Of a DNA stretch of 25,018 nucleotides, positions 17,017-25,018 are shown one piece after another (positions within the stretch are counted from its first letter, which is position 1; each line of letters starts with the position of its first letter). The notes beneath the pieces are model-generated. The model was not told where the DNA came from, searched no databases, and was given only the letters and a program-made list of their open reading frames with translations. Made by a program: the position numbers and the translations under genes. The stretch comes from Candidatus Thorarchaeota archaeon (GTDB lineage: Archaea; Asgardarchaeota; Thorarchaeia; Thorarchaeales; Thorarchaeaceae): contig JBHLRP010000025.1 in NCBI GenBank assembly GCA_048882485.1, forward strand, positions 19,195 to 44,212, in the 5' to 3' direction.

Positions 17017-17147
17017 TGTGGACTAGAATAGTGGCTCCTCAGTCTAACTATGACTCGTCGCTGGGCATCTCTGCCCTCAGATAGCCAATTGCATCATCGG
17101 AGCCTAGTCTGCATTCGATGATTGATTGATAAAAGTTGGTACATGTT

Positions 17148-17432
17148 CTACTGAAGAACAACTGGAGTTCCTATAGCCTGTCCGGGCAGGTTTGTGCGGA
17201 ATTTGGCACGCACAACGCCACTATTTCCATGAGGTCCCAGAACACTCCCCAAAAACTCCCTTCCGGTTTCTGAAGTCCATTTCACTCTCCGACCCACAAG
17301 TGCTGCAGCTTCGGTACGAGTCTTGATGGCGTCGAATAGCAAGAGCACTTGATTGGGATGCTGAAGGTGCTTGCCTCTTCTATAGCTTGTGACAATACCT
17401 TGTAGACCCTTCTTGACTTCTTTCTTAGACAA
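17148..17432 (-). CDS. rpl35ae: 50S ribosomal protein L35Ae
   Basis: GIVTSYRRG, QHPNQVLL, HGNSGVVRAKFRTNLPGQAIG; TTG 17432 follows GGAGGA. Confidence 0.95.
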   Translation of the reverse strand: MSKKEVKKGLQGIVTSYRRGKHLQHPNQVLLLFDAIKTRTEAAALVGRRVKWTSETGREFLGSVLGPHGNSGVVRAKFRTNLPGQAIGTPVVLQ

Positions 17433-17508
17433 GTGGAGTTCCTCCTGAGGAGTTCTCGTTGACGCCCTGGAGATGGAATATAAGAGTTGTGTCATGGGAA
17501 CAGTTAGG

Positions 17509-18141
17509 TCACACTATCCCAGGGCCCTTATCGGAATCTGGTTTCCTGCCAATCTCAGACATATGTGAATCGATACGTTCTGCAATTGATTTACTCTTCT
17601 CCATCAGAACATCACGCACCGACCAACCAATAACATCCTGTTGTTGGGCGATTTTGAATAGTGCAAACCAAATCTGCCCATCAGCATATGCTCCAGCCTG
17701 ATATAGCTCTTCCACCATCTGCCTTACAATACTAATCTTGTCAACTGAGTCATCAATTTTCTTCAGAATGACCTTTTCCTTCTTCAGAACCTCTCTGACG
17801 CGCATAATCATTTGAACCGAGCTGAGAGCTGACAACACAACAACAAAGAGTGTAATGGCCAACAGATCAAAGACCAATTCAACGCCTCCTCTCGGGTAGA
17901 GAATTGCTACTATTGATCCAACTAGGATTATCTCAAAGACGATTCCCTCAATGACGATGTTTAGAAGGTTCTTGATTCTCCACGCATAGTATCTGGCGAG
18001 AGAAGATTTCGGTTTTCGGAAGTTCATGACAGAGTTTAGATATGCATTCCTTCCACCTCTCACAAGATAGATGAGAATTCCCTGCAAGAATAGAGCGTCT
18101 ATCACAATGGTGAAGGAATAGAGGTTGACAAGTGTCTGCAT
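17509..18141 (-). CDS. Hypothetical membrane protein (3 TM plus cytoplasmic helical tail)
   Basis: 210-aa ORF; TTTTAAAC at 18171-18164 lies about 23 nt upstream of the ATG, suggesting a leaderless mRNA. Confidence 0.75.
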   Translation of the reverse strand: MQTLVNLYSFTIVIDALFLQGILIYLVRGGRNAYLNSVMNFRKPKSSLARYYAWRIKNLLNIVIEGIVFEIILVGSIVAILYPRGGVELVFDLLAITLFVVVLSALSSVQMIMRVREVLKKEKVILKKIDDSVDKISIVRQMVEELYQAGAYADGQIWFALFKIAQQQDVIGWSVRDVLMEKSKSIAERIDSHMSEIGRKPDSDKGPGIV

Positions 18142-18179
18142 AGCTACACATATTCACTGCGTTGTTTAAAAGCTATTGA

Positions 18180-18800
18180 AGTGCGCCTGCCAAATTACTT
18201 TCGGTCCCCTCTCCAGACCCAACACGTATCCGGAAGCGCATATCTCTCTACAGAAAGGACTAATGCTGTCTAGCTCAGTATCAATCATACTCGATTCGTT
18301 TTGGGTATACGCGGGTCCGGGTGTGGCCCTCCCGGAATACAACCTGGGCTCGCGTCTTATTCTTCATCTTACGAATGACTTCTGACCTGTTGATTCAGTG
18401 TAAACCTCTGTGTTCCACCCTTCTCATGTCCAACGTCGCCGCTTTTTGGATTATTTTCTAATCCAAAACTAACACAAGCTTTGTCTACAATCATAGGACT
18501 AATAGCCCTCCTGCAATCCTGGCTTCCTTCTTCTGTTGAATATTGGCTGTATCATATCCATTTACAGAAAGTCTTTCCACAGTTCTTGCCACGGTGGGAT
18601 CATTATCACCCATCTCAGATTTGTCACCAAAGCTGAGAAGAACCATCTGGCTACGGTGAACAACCGCGGACTCTCCAAGATTCGATACGCAATCCTTTGT
18701 GGAGAGTAGGAGCTTCCGTTGAACGGTCTTGAACCGTCCTGAGGTTTTCGGTTGCGCGCCTTGTATCGGAGTACAGTCGCGCTTTCCTAGCTCCCTCATA
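18180..18800 (-). ncRNA. Candidate large structured non-coding RNA of unknown class
   Basis: At least nine stems or hairpins, mostly with G-U pairs and purine-rich loops favouring the minus strand; TTTAAG at 18829-18824 upstream; no convincing protein. Confidence 0.55.
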
Positions 18801-18871
18801 TCATCCTGTATTCAAAAGCCCGTCTTAAACTCCTATATCCAAATGACTTATCTCAGGTCCTAAGACTCTCG

Positions 18872-19804
18872 ATGTCTGTGCCCGACATGAGACCTGTACG
18901 TCACATAGACCCAGCAGATGACATAACTCTACGTAGCATTCTAGAATCCATGAGAGATGTGGGCGTCCTTGGAGCTGGGCGGCTTGGGAGAGCCGCATCA
19001 ATTGTTGCGCGCATGTTCAAAGAATCTGACTGTTTCAAGTTCCTATCACTCTCCGGCCCAATGGTCCCTGGTGGTCTAAGGGGAATAATCTGTCATCTAG
19101 TAGCGGGTGGATATATCAATGCCATCGTCACAAGCGGCGCAAACATCGTTCATGACCTCGTTGAGGCATATGGAGGCGCACATTACCGCGTTCCGCCTCA
19201 GAAGGATGACCATGAACTTAGAGAGGCAGGGATGGGCAGGATTGCAGATCTCTACGTAGAGGAGAAGGACTTTGAAGTCTTCGAGAAAGAAATCTACGAA
19301 TTCCTAGAAACACTTCCTGATGAGAAAATGACAGGTCTTGCTCCAAGTGAGTTCATGTCGGAATTGGGTGGCGCTCTGAAAGATGACGCATCGATAGTGC
19401 GACAGGCGGCCCTACACAATGTTCCTGTCTTTTCCCCTGGACTGATGGACTCGATGCTGGGGTTCCATATGTACACTTACAGTACCACGAAACCTTTTGC
19501 ACTTGACTTTGTGAAAGACTTGCGAATTCTGGGAGAGCTTGTGACCAACGCCAAAAAGACAGGCGCAATTATGCTGGGTGGCGGTCTTACAAAGCACTTT
19601 ACCATGGGCTCGACAATATTGCGGGGTGGCCTCGATATGGCTGTCCAAATCACGCTCGACCGTCCTGAAGGCGGCAGTCTTGGCGGTGCGCCTCTGGTCG
19701 AAGGGATTTCATGGCAGAAGGTTCAGACCGAAGCCCGATTTGAAACAGTCATTGGTGATGCAACAATCATCTTTCCAATCCTAATTCTAGGTGTACTCAG
19801 ATAA
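18872..19804 (+). CDS. dys: Deoxyhypusine synthase
   Basis: SGPMVPGGLR, TSGANIVHD, LGGGLTKH, GSLGGA, EGISWQK (catalytic Lys), GDATIIFP. Confidence 0.93.
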   Translation: MSVPDMRPVRHIDPADDITLRSILESMRDVGVLGAGRLGRAASIVARMFKESDCFKFLSLSGPMVPGGLRGIICHLVAGGYINAIVTSGANIVHDLVEAYGGAHYRVPPQKDDHELREAGMGRIADLYVEEKDFEVFEKEIYEFLETLPDEKMTGLAPSEFMSELGGALKDDASIVRQAALHNVPVFSPGLMDSMLGFHMYTYSTTKPFALDFVKDLRILGELVTNAKKTGAIMLGGGLTKHFTMGSTILRGGLDMAVQITLDRPEGGSLGGAPLVEGISWQKVQTEARFETVIGDATIIFPILILGVLR

Positions 19805-19813
19805 TATCTGACT

Positions 19814-20035
19814 TCAATAGTCAGATGAGCGCGCCATAGCGATAAGTCCAATCAGCATGATTAATGCGCCTATGTACAGATGCTGCAGATGAAACCCACC
19901 TATTATAATGGGGGGGAAATCCGGCATCCAATGTAGCCACTCTGTGCCTGGTATAAAGTCATGGAGGTCATCTACAAAGATGGCCAGTCCAATTACAAAG
20001 AGTATTGCTCCAGGAATCTTAGAAATCTCTTTCAC
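19814..20035 (-). CDS. Small membrane protein (73 aa)
   Basis: GGAGGA SD before GTG; two TM segments; His-containing loop (DDLHD...FHLQHLYIG). Confidence 0.7.
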   Translation of the reverse strand: MKEISKIPGAILFVIGLAIFVDDLHDFIPGTEWLHWMPDFPPIIIGGFHLQHLYIGALIMLIGLIAMARSSDY

Positions 20036-20167
20036 TCTCCTCCGTCAGTAGATGACGGTACTAGACTTCTGTATGCAGCAGTTGGATATCAACTATTGCA
20101 CGCCTTAGAGAAGATTTATCTCGATTTACAGTTAACAAATGTTAAGACAAATATTGAGAGGAAACTA

Positions 20168-20575
20168 ATGACGGACAAGTATCCAATCCCGTACAGTAAG
20201 GAATCAGTCTACTTCCAGTATGACGTCAAGGACTTCAATCGAGCCAGGAAATTCTATGAAGACATTCTAGGCCTCGAGAAGACTTGGGACGGCGGGGAAG
20301 AGGTTGGTTGGATGGAGTTTGCTTTACCAATCACCGGTGCACGACTGGGTCTAAACTATAAGCCAGAAGGAGAGATTGCAAGAGGGTCAGGAACCCTCAC
20401 ACTTGTAGTAGATGACCTCGTGGTCACAAAGGAGTATCTGAAGAGTAAGAGCATTGACTCAGACGAAATTGTGGACATCCCCGATATGGTTTCTTACTTC
20501 AACTTCGAGGACTCTGAGAGCAATCCGATTCAAGTCGTTTCCGATCCTCGTGTGAAATCTGAGGAAGACAAATGA
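20168..20575 (+). CDS. VOC/glyoxalase family protein
   Basis: VKDFNRARKFYEDILGL, LVVDDL, FEDSESNPIQV; ATG 20168 follows GAGAGG. Confidence 0.88.
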   Translation: MTDKYPIPYSKESVYFQYDVKDFNRARKFYEDILGLEKTWDGGEEVGWMEFALPITGARLGLNYKPEGEIARGSGTLTLVVDDLVVTKEYLKSKSIDSDEIVDIPDMVSYFNFEDSESNPIQVVSDPRVKSEEDK

Positions 20576-21063
20576 CTGAGGAAATAGAGCCAATCGCGAG
20601 GGCTTTGGTAAACCAGTACACGTCAGTATGGAAGATGCTGCAGAACGCCATCACGGAAGTTCCTGATGAGAGATGGCATGACGGAGTGGGTCAATGGTAT
20701 TTCTCACAGACTGCCTACCATATCATCGAAACAGCACAGTTCTATCTTGGCAGTGACCCTGATGCAATGCAATGGGGTGCACGTGCTGGCATAGTCTGGG
20801 ATGATATTGAAGACATAGAGAACGAAGTTTTGCCTAGACTGAACAAGGAACTAGTCAACTCCTATCTGCAGGAGATTGAGCAAAAATGGGCTGAAACCTT
20901 GAAATCAGCTTCTGATTCCAATCTTCTTGAAACAGATGGTTTTCATTGGTTCAGTTCCATACTTGACAAGCTCATCTACCTCTTGAGGCATACCAACTAT
21001 CATGTTGGAGAGCTCAACCGGGCCCTCAGGGAGTGGGATCTATCACCTGCTAGATGGGGGTAA
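20572..21063 (+). CDS. DinB/YfiT family protein
   Basis: AYHI and RHTNYHVGEL His triad; ATGA overlap with the VOC gene. Confidence 0.85.
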   Translation: MTEEIEPIARALVNQYTSVWKMLQNAITEVPDERWHDGVGQWYFSQTAYHIIETAQFYLGSDPDAMQWGARAGIVWDDIEDIENEVLPRLNKELVNSYLQEIEQKWAETLKSASDSNLLETDGFHWFSSILDKLIYLLRHTNYHVGELNRALREWDLSPARWG

Positions 21064-21089
21064 AAGTGCCGAGAGTCGTCATTGCTGAA

Positions 21090-23267
21090 TCAATTTTCCC
21101 GTCTTCTATCGTTTAGTCGTTGTCCAAGAAGGAAAAGCACTATGGTAATCTCTAATCCGACCACTACCCCCAGCGCAAAGTCTGGCAGCCTGTACAACAT
21201 CAACTCATCATTAGAAACTCGCGGGTCATTCGGATTGAATCCGTTGTTCACTTCCCACACGTCGGGGATATGATCCCCGTCACTATCCACCAAGTTTGGC
21301 GACGTGCCAGCAAGATATTCTTCGTAGTTCAATAGGTGATCATTGTCGCGGTCCCCCATGGCGTCGTTGAACAATGGATCTAGACCGTATTGAATCTCCC
21401 ATGAATCGGGCATGCTATCGCCATCTGTGTCTGAGTTCCTTGGTGATGTATCATGATTGTACTCTTCGATGTTAGTAAGAGAGTCCCCATCTGCATCTTC
21501 GAGAGAATCATCGGCAAGAGGGTCTAGTCCATATTCTACCTCCCATTCATCTGACATCATATCATCATCAGAATCCTGATCGATCGGAGAGCACCCATTC
21601 AGATACTCATCGAGATTTGATAACCCATCCGAGTCAGCATCACCATTTGCATCGTCAGCCAGCGGATCTAGGTCATATTGGTACTCCCACCCATCAGGCA
21701 TGAGATCAAAATCGCTGTCGAATAGGTGCGGATTCGTACCTATCGCAATTTCGATACAGTCTGGGAGTAAGTCATCATCCGAATCTGAGAGGTCCATGAG
21801 TTTGAACACAAAGGCATCTTCATTACCGTTATGGGTGGCGTCTGAGGCGTTTAAAATTGGCAAGTCTGTGGAAAAGGTCCATCCAGAAGCATAGATGTAT
21901 CCATTATCATCTACACAAATGCCACCGGGGCCATCAGACTCACTCCCACCAAAAAACGTTGAGAAGAGCGGATCGCCAAAGGTATCAAACTTGATTACAA
22001 ACACATCATAGACACCGTTGTAAGTATCATCGTACGCATTAAGGACTGGGAAGTTTGATGATGGTGTGCCGCCTATTACAATAGCCTCACCCCACTCATT
22101 AACAGCAACATCTCTGGCTCTGTCATAATTGATGCCGCCTATGTGGGTTGAAAAAACCAAGGAATCACCAGTTGGACCAAGCTTGGTCAAAAAGGCATCA
22201 ATTCCTCCCATCTCGCCCTGAAACGGATTCCACAATGGATAGTCATACGAAGATGTTTCGCCGGTGATGTATGCACATCCCTCAGAATCTACAGTAATAG
22301 AAGACCCTGCATCGTAGCTTGAGCCGCCGAGGTACGTGGAATAGTCTAGGAAATCACCGTTCGGACTAATCTTGAAAGCTATCGTATCCCAATCGCCGCC
22401 ATTCGAATCATCGTGGCCGCTCACAGTAGGAAAATCCAATGATTCGCTTGATCCCGTGACATAGACCGCGCCTGCTGTGTCCATGTCGACTCCATACGCA
22501 TGGGCCCATCCTGAGCCGCCAATATATGTGGAATAGACTAGAGAGCCAGTTGGGGTGAATTTAGTCACAAAGCAGTCATCAAGTCCATTATGGGTATTAT
22601 CTATTGCATTTTGTCTAGGGAAGTCAGATGACTCGGTTAGTCCGACAACACATACCACTCCCTCACTAGAAACCACAAGATTCTCACCCATATCAACAAG
22701 TGCGCCTCCAAGGAATGTAGAATAGACTAAATCGTTGCCAGCCGCATTGAGTTTGCAGACAAAGGCATCCATCTGTTGGATAGTGTCATCTAGAGCATTG
22801 ACAGTTGGAAAGTTGGTCGAAGCAGTTGAGCCAGCGATGTAGACGCAACCGCTTGAGTCCACTCCAATTCCTCCAATCATATCATCATCATTGCCACCGA
22901 TGAACGTGGAATAGACAATGGTTCCATTGGAATCCAACTTAACCACAAAACAATCACTATATCCGCCGTTCCACGAATCGTCATAGCCGCCTACCGCAGG
23001 GAAATCACTGGAGAAGGTCGTACCTCCGACATAGACGTTGCCAGCATCATCAAGAGCGAGATGATACGATCTGTCTTCATCGGAACCTCCAATAAACGTC
23101 GAGTAGGCAAGAACATCTTCAATAGACAGGGTGATATTCAGGTCTGATAGGGCTCTCTCAACTACTTCTACATGTCCGTCTTCTACATTTGTAGATGGAC
23201 TCCCACATGTTCCCAGCCCAAGGAACATGCATGTGAGGAGCAGGAATGCCGATATTTGGAATCTCAA
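21090..23267 (-). CDS. Cell-surface protein: signal peptide, 7 SBBP beta-propeller repeats, 8 TSP3-like Ca-binding repeats, C-terminal TM anchor
   Basis: Seven (Y/F)STx(I/L/F)GG...VYVxGxTxSxDFP units; DxDxD...E repeats; TM segment followed by RLNDRRREN. Confidence 0.88.
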   Translation of the reverse strand: MRFQISAFLLLTCMFLGLGTCGSPSTNVEDGHVEVVERALSDLNITLSIEDVLAYSTFIGGSDEDRSYHLALDDAGNVYVGGTTFSSDFPAVGGYDDSWNGGYSDCFVVKLDSNGTIVYSTFIGGNDDDMIGGIGVDSSGCVYIAGSTASTNFPTVNALDDTIQQMDAFVCKLNAAGNDLVYSTFLGGALVDMGENLVVSSEGVVCVVGLTESSDFPRQNAIDNTHNGLDDCFVTKFTPTGSLVYSTYIGGSGWAHAYGVDMDTAGAVYVTGSSESLDFPTVSGHDDSNGGDWDTIAFKISPNGDFLDYSTYLGGSSYDAGSSITVDSEGCAYITGETSSYDYPLWNPFQGEMGGIDAFLTKLGPTGDSLVFSTHIGGINYDRARDVAVNEWGEAIVIGGTPSSNFPVLNAYDDTYNGVYDVFVIKFDTFGDPLFSTFFGGSESDGPGGICVDDNGYIYASGWTFSTDLPILNASDATHNGNEDAFVFKLMDLSDSDDDLLPDCIEIAIGTNPHLFDSDFDLMPDGWEYQYDLDPLADDANGDADSDGLSNLDEYLNGCSPIDQDSDDDMMSDEWEVEYGLDPLADDSLEDADGDSLTNIEEYNHDTSPRNSDTDGDSMPDSWEIQYGLDPLFNDAMGDRDNDHLLNYEEYLAGTSPNLVDSDGDHIPDVWEVNNGFNPNDPRVSNDELMLYRLPDFALGVVVGLEITIVLFLLGQRLNDRRREN
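21222..21785 (-). repeat. Eight coding DxDxD repeats alternating 22 and 26 aa
   Basis: DSDDD, DSDFD, DADSD, DSDDD, DADGD, DTDGD, DRDND, DSDGD units. Confidence 0.85.
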
Positions 23268-23432
23268 GCCTCTTCCACCACGACCTGGCCCCTGGGCCTA
23301 GATGATAATTCGCATCTGGGCATATATGTTATGCTAGACAATTCTCCACTTGTCTGTAGGCATCAGCCATGCCAAAATCGCAAGAGTCAAACCTTATTTC
23401 CTCTTCAATCCCATAGTGTAGGAGGCATAGAG

Positions 23433-23909
23433 ATGGGAAATGCGAGGGTTCAGGAGTTCCCCCAGAAAGAACTTGATACACCAAGATTAGTAGTCAAGCT
23501 ATTCTTGCATGGCTTGGGCTATTCGATTCTGGTCTCCCTCTTGGGGATGGCGTCTGGCTTAATGGTCTTCTTTTTTGCTGGTATTGGATCAGTTGTAGGC
23601 TTTTTTCTCGCATTAGGACTGCTTTTCATGATATTAGGATGGAGTAATGGGGGATTGGCTCTGCGACTTTGGGGAATTGACTGTGATGACAACTGGCTTA
23701 TCTTGATAGTTCACGGGATAGTGCTGCTTTTGACATTCATCATCGCTGGAGTGCCAGCATTCATCCTGCAGGTGCTGGTGATACCTTATACAGGCTTGAT
23801 GCCCTTTCTAGCCTTCACAGTAGCTACGGTGAGCGTTTATGCCGTAGTCTATGGGTACCTGGGTAGAAGAATCGCCTATTTCTTCAGGGCAGACTCATCT
23901 GTTTCTTGA
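23433..23909 (+). CDS. Hypothetical four-TM membrane protein
   Basis: AGGAGG SD before ATG 23433; hydrophobic throughout. Confidence 0.75.
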   Translation: MGNARVQEFPQKELDTPRLVVKLFLHGLGYSILVSLLGMASGLMVFFFAGIGSVVGFFLALGLLFMILGWSNGGLALRLWGIDCDDNWLILIVHGIVLLLTFIIAGVPAFILQVLVIPYTGLMPFLAFTVATVSVYAVVYGYLGRRIAYFFRADSSVS

Positions 23910-24182
23910 AGAAACCCCGCTAGGATTACCTTCCAGGTCAATCTCTGAAGCGCTAATTGGTGGATTAATCCACACATAATACAGGGTGAATAGAAGCATG
24001 GACATGAGTATACCAATAGTGAGCATTAGTGCATACTCCCTGAGGACGTCTCCCACCATTTGGACCGATATGAGGATGAATCCGAGAATTAGGTAAACAT
24101 AGATTAGGTCATAACACATTCTTCTGGGAGGTTCCCCTCTCTCAATGATGGCTGGTTCTTCTGATTCAACCATTTTCGTCAC
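23895..24182 (-). CDS. Small two-TM membrane protein
   Basis: Two hydrophobic segments with charged termini; start is GTG 24182 or ATG 24173. Confidence 0.6.
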   Translation of the reverse strand: MTKMVESEEPAIIERGEPPRRMCYDLIYVYLILGFILISVQMVGDVLREYALMLTIGILMSMLLFTLYYVWINPPISASEIDLEGNPSGVSSRNR

Positions 24183-24282
24183 ACATTACAGACCCTTAGA
24201 CGCTATCTATATCCGAGCCCAGCCTAATAGCACTATGCCTATCCAAAGAACAGACCGCAACTGACAAGAATCATCGGACCTA

Positions 24283-24633
24283 GTGTTAATGGGTACAAAA
24301 GTGTTAGAGAGAATTAAAGCGAGATTTCAAGACCTTATTCATTACATTCGAACCAGAGATAAGCAGTACTGGCTCTATAGAATTGCTGGACCGACACGCC
24401 TCGCGTTCGCTGGAAATATGATATTGCTCCTCATACTCGCCAACATCGATATAATTCCTCCAGAGATGCAGCCTCCTTTCATAATTGCTTGGTTTGTGGT
24501 TCAGGTGATCCTTGCAGCCATTTCTATGGGGGCACAACTAATGACTGTCAACAAGACAGGCAGGGCAGTTTTTGGCGTCTTGATGACTCTTCTCCTCCTC
24601 CTTGTAGTAATCGTGTATCTCCTACTCCGCTAG
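24283..24633 (+). CDS. Hypothetical three-TM membrane protein
   Basis: Basic N-terminus then three TM segments; start is GTG 24283 or ATG 24289. Confidence 0.7.
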   Translation: MLMGTKVLERIKARFQDLIHYIRTRDKQYWLYRIAGPTRLAFAGNMILLLILANIDIIPPEMQPPFIIAWFVVQVILAAISMGAQLMTVNKTGRAVFGVLMTLLLLLVVIVYLLLR

Positions 24634-24785
24634 TATATGTCACTTGTTGAATTCAGCCGCCACTCAGCATGAATATCCCTGCTCTAACCGTATCTCTTAA
24701 CAAAAGGTCGACGGACATACTGTTTTTGAAAGCATTTCTAGCATTTGCTACTATTCCGATGAGATTTGCTAATAGAGTGAACAAA

Positions 24786-25018
24786 ATGGTGAGATGTAAG
24801 ATTACGGTACTGAAACGAACCTTCCACAAAGACCTTGCAGAAGAATACCTGCAGACAAAGACGGGTAAATGTGGGGACTTTGAAGATGGTCAAGAATTCA
24901 TAACAGAGAGCCCGACAGCCAAACCTGACAATTTCCCATGTAGCTTTGCTTGGCATGACATTCATAGATTTCTCTTGACCCTTATGCAGGGAGGAAGCTT
25001 TGATAATTATGTGGGCAA
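24786..25018 (+). CDS. TIGR04076-family-like Cys-containing protein, runs off the window end
   Basis: Manual translation MVRCKITVLKRTFHKDLAEEY...CGDFEDGQEFI...PDNFPCSFAWHDI; absent from the ORF track. Confidence 0.8.
   Translation, partial: MVRCKITVLKRTFHKDLAEEYLQTKTGKCGDFEDGQEFITESPTAKPDNFPCSFAWHDIHRFLLTLMQGGSFDNYVG

Noticed and set aside
18181-18250. Group II intron hint (GTGCG at 18181; GGGTCTGGAGAGGGG on the minus strand)
   Set aside because: The two signals are on opposite strands, and no proper domain V hairpin with a catalytic triad is evident.
18176-18385. 69-aa plus-strand ORF
   Set aside because: TTG start without SD, no motifs, antisense to the structured region.
18260-18427. 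Minus-strand frame with several in-frame TGA codons (selenoprotein idea)
   Set aside because: No resemblance to a selenoprotein family and no SECIS found.
18491-18799. 102-aa minus-strand ORF
   Set aside because: No recognisable fold or hydrophobic core pattern, and it coincides with dense hairpins. Not fully excluded, since its ATG lies near the predicted transcription start.
19961-20167. N-terminal extension of the VOC ORF
   Set aside because: Overlaps the opposite-strand 73-aa gene and the intergenic promoter region.
21222-23105. Periodic DNA as a CRISPR array or tandem repeat
   Set aside because: The repeats are degenerate and in-frame, conserved at the protein level only.
23172-23432. 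N-terminal extension of the membrane-protein ORF
   Set aside because: Overlaps the surface-protein gene; the SD marks ATG 23433.
24738-24965. 75-aa minus-strand ORF
   Set aside because: Shadow of the plus-strand TIGR04076-like gene.

Overview
Archaeal chromosomal window, most likely Asgard (Thorarchaeia-like). This assignment is inferred from rps8e, rpl35Ae, deoxyhypusine synthase, a Sec23/24-like protein and several roadblock proteins. Housekeeping genes include hypA, hypE, smc-scpA-scpB, uppS, an ADP-forming acyl-CoA synthetase beta subunit, a LipS1-type radical SAM enzyme, dys and two ribosomal proteins. Three things stand out. (1) A 7.9-12.4 kb cluster combines a Sec23/24-like Zn-finger/vWA protein, four distinct roadblock/LC7 proteins (one dynein-light-chain-like, one MglB-like) and an MglA-type small GTPase that appears to start at a non-canonical ATA behind a hairpin-containing leader. 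(2) A ~620-nt stretch (about 18180-18800, minus strand) has no credible protein but is densely packed with stem-loops and multi-way junctions, and is a candidate large structured ncRNA. (3) A 398-aa protein seems to be built of four tandem AAA+ lid-like modules with no ATPase core. The right end holds a surface protein (7 beta-propeller repeats plus 8 Ca-binding repeats), small membrane proteins and a TIGR04076-like gene that the ORF track missed. No CRISPR array, tRNA, rRNA or transposase was seen. All family calls are by eye from motifs; no searches were run.
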